A stretch of 64,000 nt of DNA, from assembly GCA_047495785.1 (NCBI GenBank), contig JBLDXI010000015.1, positions 4,898,001 through 4,962,000 of the forward strand, in the 5' to 3' direction. The translations under genes were made by a program, and so were the position numbers. This DNA comes from Lepidodermella squamata. Its lineage: Eukaryota; Animalia; Gastrotricha. The first letter of the stretch is position 1. Each line of letters begins with the position of its first letter. Positions 49,619 through 61,400 of the stretch are shown here, piece after piece. The notes beneath the pieces were generated by a model. The model ran no database searches and was not told the origin of the DNA. It saw nothing but the letters and a program-made list of their open reading frames with translations.

Positions 49619-50347
49619 TCCAAAAATGCCTGGAAACGAATTGGAAAATGAAAGTTGATGAAGCGTCTCTTCCGTTAGGCTACACGCTCGATTGCTCTTA
49701 TAGCTTTTGGCTCGTTGCGCTTAAAAGCTATCGGAAGATGGATGTGTCTACTTCAAAGGCTTTAAATTACTTGGGAGACTAGTCGCTATTAATATCATTC
49801 GACTTAATTGTACGCATCTCCCTCGAGCCAAAGCTTAGGCGGGTTCGGATAATAACTCGGATAGCGATCGTTATATTGCAGTGCTATTACGTTATGAACA
49901 ATCAGAGCGCAATTTCGGTAATATGGCGGGGAGCACTCGATCGGCGGCAAGTGCGAATGTAAATTGCGCAAGAATGACAGCAGCAATTGCGCAGATAGCG
50001 CGCTCATCAATAACGCGTATGTACACTTTGTTCTGATAATCGACATGCGCAAATGCGCTCCAACCGCGCCTCTTACCGTCTCGCCGCTGCAAAACTGAGG
50101 TCAGATAAAAATAAAAAATCAATCACTTGCATCATATAGAATATTTTTTTGTGCTTACTAACGGTTTAAAATTCACCGAAAAAATGGCCGTTTCACTATG
50201 TGCAATCACGTTTGAGTACCGTTAATTAGCGGAGTAAGCTAAATTTTTCATAAATCATGCGTCAACGTAAATATTATGACATAACGATTAAGCAAACGTC
50301 ATTCAAGTTTTCTGTTCAGGCTTTGGTGTGTGGCAGTCGACAGCTTC

Positions 50348-50576
50348 TTAACCAGATTTAGCGATACCAATGACGCCGCAAGCAGCACTGGGGCCGGCGT
50401 TTCCGGTCTTCAGCGATTCCTCATTACCGCCGCGACCCAAATCATCTTCCTTCTCGTGAATCTGTAGCAATTAACAAATCATTTTTGGCCAACATCAATT
50501 CCTAATTTCTTCTTACCACCATTTTGCGGCCAATGACCGAGGAGTGGTCCATGAGCTTGGTCGGTCCGTCGGGTTT
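50348..50576 (-). pseudogene. Cu/Zn superoxide dismutase C-terminal fragment (2 exons)
   Basis: SSVIGRKMV|[37 protein letters not shown] with intron 50462-50516; no upstream SOD exons recognised. Not in the ORF track. Confidence 0.8.
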
Positions 50577-51419
50577 CTAGAGCGCCGAGAGGCGGATGGT
50601 TGTACAAAAAAAACTCGATATGCCAACTTCTTTGACTCGAAGCTCTTGTTTCGTAGGCTTTCTGTGTTCAACAAAGTTATCGAAACCAAAATTACGAGCA
50701 ATCGTGAAAACACGTTTTTTCTTCGATGGTCTCAGGCTTGGGGTACCATTTGATTCCCAGCTCCTTCAAGCAGTATTGAAAGCGATCGTAAATTTCTCTC
50801 CGTAATGTTCCCAGAAGGTTGTGACGCCGCCCAATAGCTTGCGCAGGAGCTTCACTTTGGCAACTTTATCCTAAATATGGAGCTTGAATTGCTAACATTA
50901 TACAGTTGATTCCTTGCCGATTTATTTTTGTTGCAGAGTTCAGGTTATTTAAGAATGAAGCCAGTAGCCTTGGCGACTGAATTTTACAGTTGAATTAACA
51001 AATATTCTTAAATGTGGCGAGAAGACCAAGGCGCTATGTCTCTACTGGCAACAACAACACAAGTCAATATCGCTCTCTAGTTCATTCTCAAAATCTCGAA
51101 TATCTAATATCATATCAGAAATCAGAAATCAGAAAGAGGCAGCAAATAAGATATAAAGTTCAGGTTCACTCGATAAGACACGCACGAAACAAGACATAAG
51201 ATACAAGATCAAGACTGAAAGGTTCAAGAATAAGATTAGGATGAAACTAGCGAAGACCAAAAAACAGCAATCTCGATGATCTGAAAGGCAAACGTTTATT
51301 CATTGGTAAAATTCGCCGCTAGGGCTTCAAAAAACTTCTCGTGTTCCCGCTGGTCGAGAGGAGACGACCTCCAAGCTTCCTCGGCTCAGCGACATCCATC
51401 GAAGCCAGACCGGGCCGCC

Positions 51420-51770
51420 TGGCTCATCGCCCAACCGACGTTGTGCCTGGCCAACGAAATGGGAGTGCCCTATGCGACTCTTGCGCTCGTTACAGACCTA
51501 GACTCGGGTGCTGACGATTGCAAGAACGGCCATTCGCATAACGCCGAGGCTGTCAGCCACGAGCTTGTTCTTGAGAACATGAAAATGTTTGCGCCGGGTG
51601 CAGCTCGAACAATCGCAAGGGCTGTTCAAGATGTCGCCCGCCTCAACTTGAAAGCTCTACGCAACCGTAAGCTTAAATTTCCTGATACCTTGAATTTAAT
51701 TTTTGTTTCGGCACCGAACGTTTTCTAAGCCCTCGCGGAGCTTGAAGTTGTTGTTGACAAGAAACGAATG
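51420..51770 (+). pseudogene. Partial MTAP-like duplicate (3' part only)
   Basis: LCLANEMGVPYATLALVTDLDSG..EAVSHELVLENMK parallels the downstream gene, with the same final intron position; N-terminal two thirds absent. Confidence 0.75.
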
Positions 51771-52272
51771 ACTAAAACTTGATGATTATAGATCTATAGC
51801 TGGCTCAATTTATGTTGTTTTTGCTCTTTGGAAATGAATGTAACCGGTGAATAAACATTGAAATGGAAATGAGTATAGTGTTTGATTTCTGAACTTGAAT
51901 TTTAGTTTGGCGTTTCGTATTGGCATCCTTTCTTCGGCTTTTGTCAAGGTAGTTTCTGTCCTGAAACTTGGGAACGATGCCAACGCGTTGTCCCGTCACA
52001 CGCCGGCCTGAGTCATAAATGTGACGTCTCTTCGTCTGACTGAGTTTTTTTTATCTTATCCTGTAGTGTCGTATACTTGCCGTTAATTGTTTTGGCGGGG
52101 AAAAAACAGAAAAATAAGTGATATGTATTGTTGATATTGCAGTGTTTTTTCACCTACCCTGCGGCCACCTGAATGTGGCGATATCAGCTGTACGTTTTAC
52201 ATGAGTGCATGACTGGTTTGTCGTTGACATTATCAGAACGTATAGTAACCTATTATAGCAAACTACTCGAAA

Positions 52273-53455
52273 AATGGTCAAGGTATAGTTATTGTGGTTG
52301 CGGTTTAGATTCCTCCATTCCTATAAAAATTCTAGATCGCTATTATTGGCGGCACTGGTCTTGATGACCCCTCATTCCTAAGTGACAGGCAAGTGGAAGC
52401 TGAGGCTCCTTTTGATACACCGTATGGAAAATCTTCCAATTCCATAGTTGCTGGTATAATTGTGAACTTGATAACTTTTTCAAACCAAAATGCATGAATA
52501 TTCCAGGTAAATTGAATGGGATCGATGTGGTTTTGTTATCTCGCCACGGAGCGAACCATCACGCTCCCCCATCACGCATCAATTTTCGCGCTAATATTTA
52601 CACTATTGTGAAAATATTGAAATGCGACGCCATTATTGCAACAAACGCTGTGGGTTCCCTCCGGCCGGATCTTCATCAAGTTGGCGATATCGTAATTCTA
52701 GATCAGTTTCTTGATTTCACCGCGCGAGGAGGTAATAGTCGATACTTGTTACAAAACGGCTGCATAGTAATATTATTTCAAATAGGCCTCAGAGATCCCC
52801 ATACGTTTTACGATGGTATCGAGGGTCATTTCAAAGGTATCATGCACTGCCCGATGGCCGATCCTTTCTCGCAACCGCTGCGAACGGCACTGCTCGGCGC
52901 TGCTCGAAACAAGGGCGTCATCGCACACGACGGCGGAACGATTGTTGTAGTTGAAGGTCCGCGTTTCACGTGCCGCGCGGAGACAAGGATGTACCGCATG
53001 TTTGGTGCTCATTGCATCGGCCAGACAACCCTTCCTGAGGTATGTTTAGCGAATGAGATGGGCATTCCGTATGCGACCGTCGCTGTAATTACGGATTTGG
53101 ACACGGGCGATGATTTTGAAGCCGAGGAGGTTAGCCACGATCTCGTCTTGGCTAATATGAAGAAGTATGCTGAGCGCATGGCTGTCACGGTTTCTCAAGC
53201 CGTGACCGAAATTGCAACTTTTGACCTGGTTGCTATGAATAAGCGTAAGTCCTGTCAATTTTTCTGTCAAAGTGTTCTCAACAATTATTATGTTATACAG
53301 CTCCAAGTGTACATTGATCGGATTTCGTTGTCTCTTTTCGTTGTCATCAGTGTCAACTGTCTGCAGTTTAATCATTTAGTGCATTGTTCGCTTGCTAAAA
53401 AATTACAGGACGATTAAACCTTGAAATGCGTTATATCCGGTTTCCGGTGAGATGA
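52273..53455 (+). CDS. MTAP: 5'-methylthioadenosine phosphorylase-like protein
   Basis: MVK|IAIIGGTGLDDP..DTPYG..LLSRHG..INFRANI..AVGSL..DQFLDFT..EGPRF..PEVCLANE..TDLD; short GT-AG introns; last exon tentative. Confidence 0.88.
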
Positions 53456-55420
53456 AAATTAATAAAAGACATCAAGATCAGGTTTCAATCAGGTCAGATC
53501 AGGTTTCAGCTGCCTAATTTTTCCGTTTGGTCCGTTTGATGACGCTGCAGAGGTATTTGCGAAGGCTTCATTTATCAAATTGCACGGGACGGAAGTTAGG
53601 GTCTGTGCTTTCCATAATGGAGATCGAAAGCACTTGCAGTTTTTGTCCCTGTGATTTGTCTCTCTGATTTGCTATGAGAATCCTTCATGCATGGATGAGC
53701 AGCTAGCAGTTCAATGAACAATAGAGGAAATGCTTGGCTCATGCCGACCCGCCTGGGGAGGTTCACGAGGAAGCTATCGGCATGACGCATGACCTTAGAA
53801 GGTACTCGACTGTCGTCACCTGCTGGTATTCTGTGGATATTGCAGAAGCGTTATGGTTATGTATTTCATTTCCCAAAGTTATTTTAGCAAATGTTTTTGT
53901 GATATTTTTTTACCGGTATAAGAGCTTGGCGTGCTCACGATATATCGGAAAGTGGCTGCGTGAGTGCCAAGCGAGTTTATTGGCTTATTATTATTTCCCG
54001 AATTCGGCAGTTTATTTACCGGCAGCCATTAACCCAAGTTATTGTTTTGATCATCGCAGACATCACGTCACGAACACGGCGTAATATGTTTATACGTTTC
54101 GCACATCATAAAACGAAAGTAGAGCGCAGCCCTGTGCATCAAGAGTATCTCTTTCACAAATCGTATAGTAGGTTCGATTGCTACAGAGCGCCTCCCGTCA
54201 AATGTAGCCAACGCGCTCGCGATTAGCTGCTACAACAAACGCCCTAATAGTAATAACGGCAAAATTATAGCAAAGTAAAATACTCGGGATGGCGCAGACC
54301 AGCACATCGCTGCTTTCACTCATTTTCAGTTTACAATTTCGGCTGACGTGGAAGCGAGGCGCCCAAGCAACAAAACATCGCTATCACCGTGCGAATTGCC
54401 ATCGAGGCGGCGGCGGCCGTCGTGCTGCGGCCAGAGCCACTAATTCAGCGCGCATCGATCGGCGCCCTACGAACCGATAACATTCACCGAAAGAGGCGTA
54501 TCAGCAGAACGAGAAGTTGCAGCGCGTGTTTACGGCGTGCACCCAACGTGACGTTGGCCTTATAATTGGGAGCTGGGACGGGTGCTCAACGCTACTCCCA
54601 CCGCGAGCCCTCGTAGAACTCGATAAACGCCTTGCTTCGCAATGAAAAATACTATTTATAAGTCTCCTTATTATTTATATTATTTTGAAAACTTCCAATT
54701 GCCTAATAAGTAAAATGTTAATATGGCCGTAGATATGCGTGCCGGTATATCAAGGTGGTGAAGACACGCAATTCTTATAGTTCCGCTGCAAAAAAGTCTC
54801 GATTATAATATAATAATAACTGCCAATGTTATTCATATACTCTTTACTCACTATAGCACTCGGCTTTCGAAAACACTCCATACTAAAAAATGTATATTAG
54901 ACTTCCTTTTTCAAGTTCAAAGGCGTAAATGCTAGGTAGCAATAGGTCACTTTTCATGATTTTATTCAGAGCCATGCATGAGTTATAAGGCGATTTGGTC
55001 CGCAATGAGCGATTTGGTTTCCATCGAAATTATCGGCAGTGATGATTACAGATTAAATTTACAGCATTCAAAATAAGTATTTCACTGCATCTACCTCAAT
55101 TCACATCAAATTCAAATTGATCTCAATGGGTAGCGATACCGAAAACAAGAAGTTTATAACATCTAAATTTTACAGCAAATCGTAAAGTTGGCATATTAGA
55201 TTCCCGATCATCGTCAAGTTCGCAACTCACAATTTTCAATGTGGCTCATTCCTTCGTCCATGTAGTTATGACGTGCGAAGAGAAAATAATCCGCATGCGA
55301 TCATGATTAATCCTTCCATTTTTATTGGCTTGTTTTCACGAGTCAGAATTTTTTAGATATTTTGCTCAAAAAATCATCACAATTGGCCACATTTCATCCC
55401 GCCACTCTGGCCATAGTTAC

Positions 55421-58400
55421 ATGTCGCACCAACCGCCATCACAACCTGGCGGTAGCGGTAACAACACCAACAACGGCAACAGCTCATTAAACCAAGATGC
55501 TTTGACCATCACCTCGCCAGTTCGGCACCTCGCGTCGTCGGTAGCCGGCGCCGCTATCGGGACGCCACCGTCACGGCCTGCATCGGCAAGCAACGGCTCA
55601 TCCAACGCGCCGGGCAGCGGCAACGCGACAACGTCAGCATTTCGAGTAGTTGGCGGCTCAGCTCCGCGACCAATGACTCCGACTAATTTACTGGCATCCG
55701 CGGGCTTGGTCCCGCTAGTCGAAGCTCTGCCGCTCGAAATTCGCGCTGGAGCCACCTCTAACAGAGTACGTTTTATTTTTAATTTCATTTTTTTCCGTGT
55801 AATATCTGATCCGGTGTATATAAGGTAAAAATTGCTATTATTTTACATTTCAATATAATTACACTACTGGGCAGTCGAGACGGCTAGTGCGACGCCTATT
55901 ATATACCCATGGACATATCAAGGCATGCTCGAAATCGTCTGGCCATTGTATTAGCCGGCGATGAGAGTTTGAAAGTATCGATTCGGTGTTTAGCGCGATA
56001 ACACAAATCTCGCGTCGTGTGATTGTTGATCGATGATTTCCCGTAATAATAGGCCGTATAATAAACGATCTGAGACACACACATTATACGCACACACACA
56101 CCGGCGCTCAGCGGGTTTGGCGATCATAATATTTTTATTCATTACTATCTCACATCCGACAAACAATGAGGGTAAAACTAACAAATAATAATAGGCCTTG
56201 GGCTCAGGTTCGCCTGAGAATTCGTCTCACTTGCCTAACCGGCTCGTTTTTGTTTTTATCGCTCGCCATGTGTGCGGTCAACCTGTACATAGAATACGGA
56301 AACAAATCCGGTAATAACAGGCTGTTTTGCGGTTTTTTATCGCACCACAACGCCTGCTCCTCGCCAAAACTTGGCTTTGCTTGACTCGTTCAGAAACACT
56401 CGAGGCTAGCGCGCGCATTAATATATAGAATAAATATTTTCACGCATATTTTTGTTGAAAAGTGTGCTCAGACCAAACGCGTGTGCCTTTGCGAGCGCTC
56501 GAGCGCTACTTTTTCAACACCGCGCAGCCGTACATGTGTAACTTTTTGCGAACGCGCGTCTGCTTCTAAAAACAAAAACAGAAACAGCCAGCGTTGATGG
56601 TATCAAGTTTATAACTCACTCGGATCTGGCGCCTTGTTCTCCTGATAGATTTTTCACTACACCCTTGCGATTATCCCATTTCGGCTCGACGGTTCACGTA
56701 GTAACCACTTCACGAGTAATGAAATAAACAAAACTCGACCCCTGATTATATTTTTTCCTATCACACTGTTCCCTATAAACATGCGCAAATTATCTATTTA
56801 GCTCTTATTTATTTTATTTACCTGTGCTTTTAAAAGAACTGCCTTTGTTTCTATTCTCGTATCTCGAGGCTCGATCGGCTCGATAAAATGGGCCACCAAA
56901 AATCGAGAGAGATCATTTTAATTCTCTGGCAGAATAAACCCCTTGCTGCGAATTAAGTACCTTCACGGGCGATGAAATGATGCCGCGACGCTTGTAATTA
57001 AAGCTAATGAGAGACGATGTTTTCGATTAATAACCTCCAATCGGCGCATTGCCACGCGCCCGCGTGGACGAAGCGTGTCGGCGGCCGGCGCTTTATCGGC
57101 GTCTGCGGCGCGGATTCGTTCATTAAACGCGGTCCAGTTTTGCCAATATACACGCCCGCCTACCTGCTGTGTCTACTATCATCAGGCTGGGCAATAACAA
57201 TAATAGCAATCAAGCGATTGTATCTATCGATAATTCTGCGAAGACTCCGTGTGCCTATTAAAACAGCCGTTTCGCATCATCATCATCAGCAGCAGCATTA
57301 TCATCGGCACCATCTCCAGCACCCACCCGCTGCCAACTGCCTGGTTTATGTGTTTGTTTTATAGCACAAAAATAATAATTCGGCTGCGTTTTATATCCGC
57401 GCCTAACGCTGGCTGCTACGTGCAAGGTGGTCTTGACATTAGGCCTGCTGCTGCTGATGATGTTGCTGCCGCTTTCATCGTCAGCGTTTGTTTACCTTGT
57501 CGTGTTTTTATCTCCTGCCAAGATTTACGACTAACTCATCCCCCGAAATAGTCGATATCGTTCGCACCCAACGCTCATAAGTAATATTAGACTTGCGCTG
57601 ATGAACGATAACAATAACGATGATGATGATTGCTGCGGCGATTTTTCGCCACCGAGAAACCGCAGGCTATTAACTAGTGCAGGTGCGATTCAATCACGAC
57701 ATCGTTAGTTGGCAGTTTTTTCACGCGTAATGCGTTTTTGATAATCGTCGCTATTTTCATCTTTTACGGAAGAATACGCGTGTGCGCGCGCTACGCAATT
57801 TATCGGCGATGCTTCAGCTATTTTGTAGGATATTTTATTCAGCTGGTGCCCTGTTGCTGCTGCTCACTTGAATGAATACCTTCAGCGAATTTTTATTGCA
57901 TTTATTATTTATAGATGCGGATAAGTTTTAAAATCATCCCAGCTTATGATGATGATATAGGAAAAACAAAAACAAAACAACAAAAGACGGCTAATAATTT
58001 TATTAAGGCAACTGTACGGCCGAATCTTGTTTTCTGGTAGCAGGCCGTGTAATAAATAAGCGCGTTTGATTAGACGCGCGCGCACACGAGGCCAGATCAG
58101 TTGGCTCGTCATTAGCCGCAGCGAAAAAGAAGAAGAAGCGCGATATCGGCTGGGTAAACCGCCGGCGCGGCAAAGGACTGGCACGCGCGACTACACGGAA
58201 TAATTAAAATTAAGGCAGCGCGGCTCGGCGACGCACGTTCGCTGTGTTTGTTTTGCGCTGTTGTAGCAGCTATCTGTGTCGCGGATGTTGCCTATATCTA
58301 TCTCTCGCCGTATCTCGCGGGCGCTTTTCATCCGCACACGTCAAATTTCAGAGCCTCACGGCGCGGCCATCAGAGGCTAGTTAGCCGAGTGAAATATTAA

Positions 58401-61400
58401 TAGTAATCATAATAATAATATTGGCACGTATCGAACAGCGCGGCGTTTTATAATCATACCAAAACGTGGCGATTTCGAATGTTCGCGACAGATGGACAGG
58501 CGCGTCCTCGGCCATGCGGATAAAGAGCGATGAGCGCGCGCTCGGCCAGCGTGTAATAATGGCTTTCGAATTAGTATATCGCGGCTGCTGATTTGTCTCC
58601 GGGCGATCCACTTTACACCGCCTTCCTTCCGCACACCCTTCGACCCGACCCGGGCAATGCAACCACTGCGCAGTAAAAATAAAGCCTATAAATGCGCAAA
58701 CAATCCGTCGATCTGCCTTAATTACTGTTATCATTATAGCGCGCGGCGTCAAAAATCGAATTTCACACAACAAGCCTTGTAAATATCAAACACAAATAGT
58801 TTACACGCCTCTTCCACAATCTATTTATTTATCGTTGCGATGCTCAAGATAAATGATAATCATTTCCGTGTAATCCTCTGGTTATTTCATAAATATAGAT
58901 AATGAAACATTAAAATTTGGGACACCGCAGTTTTAGATAAATTTTTGTCGCTGCTTGCAATTCCTGATGTTTAATTATTTTGGGAAATCCGCCGGTTGAG
59001 TGATATGGGCAATCAGCTCGAGAAGCATGCGACTACTACGACTACGGCGACATCGTCAATCACGTCGATCCGTATCGACCTCGACCATGCGGCTCTGATC
59101 AAATCGTCGCCGCATCGCAAGTTCCCAGCGCGAACAGCTGGCCTCAGGCTTCACGCGAAGGCGGCAAGTGCTGGCGTTGTTATTGCCGCCCCCGATCCTG
59201 TCGAAAGTGACGATACCAACATTACCAATCTGGTTGATGGCATGAACAAAAATGCTGCTCGGCTCATGCAGCAACACCAGCAACAACGGCGTCGTCTGAA
59301 TAGAACGTCGGCCGATTTCGACGACGACGACGACGAGGATGAAGATGATAATGATTACGCTGATCACGCTCTGATGGTTCGTCTTGCGCAAAAAATGCGC
59401 TCATTTTTTTCATCCGAAATTCCCAAAACACCTCGGGCAGAAGTGTTTACACCATGTCTCGAAATGGTTTATTATTATTTTACTGCACATGAGTATATCG
59501 GTTTTTCCGCCCTGTAGTTCGTTTCATTTCGAGTGCGAATCCGCGGCTCATTGGTTTTTTCTTTATTTAATTTTCGACTACCCTGGTTTTTTTTCCTCGT
59601 TTGTATCTCCGCTCGCTTAATTCGTCCGAGTGGCCATCAGCACCGTATATTGACACATGACTTTTATTGATCCGATGTTTTACATCCGTGTGCTTTATTT
59701 ATAGATATATGTAATAACACTGCGAATAATTGCCGAAAACAAATATTATACAGCACATGGGTGAATAATGATTTACTTGCAAATATATGCGCGCTGCCTT
59801 ACATGCTGGCAAACATATCGATATATTACATTTATTTTGCTGGCCCTCTAGAAAACCTATTTTTTATTGTTGGCGATCGGCGATTGTTTTTCGCCATGCT
59901 CGTCTATTGACGTCGAGCTCTTCCTTAAAACATTTTTCATTATGGATTATTATTATTTTCTCCTGCTCCTTATTGTTGTTGGCTATGGCAACGGCAGCGC
60001 AGAAAATCACAGAAACCAGAGTGATGCGATTTTCGCCGGCGCCCGTCTAGTGCGCCGAGTATTTTATCTATGTTCGATTTTGCATCATCTGCCGGTCGGT
60101 CGCAAGTTGTGTCCCTTAAATTGGTCGCTATATAAGTTTAATCGAATAGCTTAATGCGCGTGATTTTATTGGGGCACTGGTGGCGATAATGGCTCGGCGT
60201 CTTTAAACAGCGATTTCACCCTCAACGGCGCGGCTCAATTCGATAATAAATATTAGGCAGTAAACAGTGGGCGCGTGCAAACGTGACAAGCGTATTGGCT
60301 GCGAAATGCACTCATTATTGGCGTCATCGCCATCATTCAATCGCTCCTCGGCACTGCTTTGAAAACATTATTTTGTCATATCGCTTTGTTTGTGCTGGGG
60401 AAAGCGCCCTGCCAGTGAGTATGTTAAATCGAGGCTTTGGCAATATATCGAAGCTCGCTGCTGCTATGTACTGGGCCCGGCACATGCTGCTTTGACCAAG
60501 TTTACGCAGGCAGACACAAGCCAGACAAGGCGCGTGTGCGCATGATCGATCGGCGCCGGCTAATATCAACTCTGGTCCGAGTTTGGCCTGCGCCCTAATT
60601 AAGCTGTATCATGACGAACTCGGCGCCCCACCGTCCCGCGCTGCCCTTGCGCTCTAATAATGTTATTACTCGTCTTGAATAAATTCTTCTTGCTAAGCAA
60701 TATCTTCTTCTACTACTACAATATACGTGATATCTACGTGGATAGGCGTAGGGTTCGATTTATACACACTCACGCTCGATAGATCCGCGACTACTGCTAC
60801 ACTCGGCGACGACGATGATGATGATGATGGCGTAGTAGTAGCAGTAGCAGTAGTAGTAGGTAGTATCAGCGAGCGATTTCTGAGTCTATATATAGGTATC
60901 TCGGCGAACATGATAACTCCACAGCCGCGCCTACAGATAACTACATTATAACAAGCCAACGCACAGTTCGCTGCCCGCTCGACGATGCACGAAAACAGCA
61001 GTTATGGAGCCCGGACAACCGCGTATAGCACTGCGCTAAATACTAGAATAACAATAATTTGGGCAAGGTATATCGTGGATCCTGCACGATACCGATATAA
61101 ACCCCGCGCGCCGGCGCTACCAAATCAGCAGCAGCGGCAACAACAACAACATGTGATCGCTGCCACGCGGATTCTTACTATTTTACCCTCGCTCGGGCTA
61201 ATAAGGCTCATCACCCACCCAACACAATATCATTAGACTACTAAAAACTTGCGCTGCTTCCGATTTCTCATCGCAACATATAAAACAAACTCTCAAGCTT
61301 ATTATTTCTATATTCGATCGATACAACCAACATTCCGTTTTTGGCCACCGAACGCACTCACTCTCGCACCTACTCACACGTGTCCTGTATTAGGCAAGGC

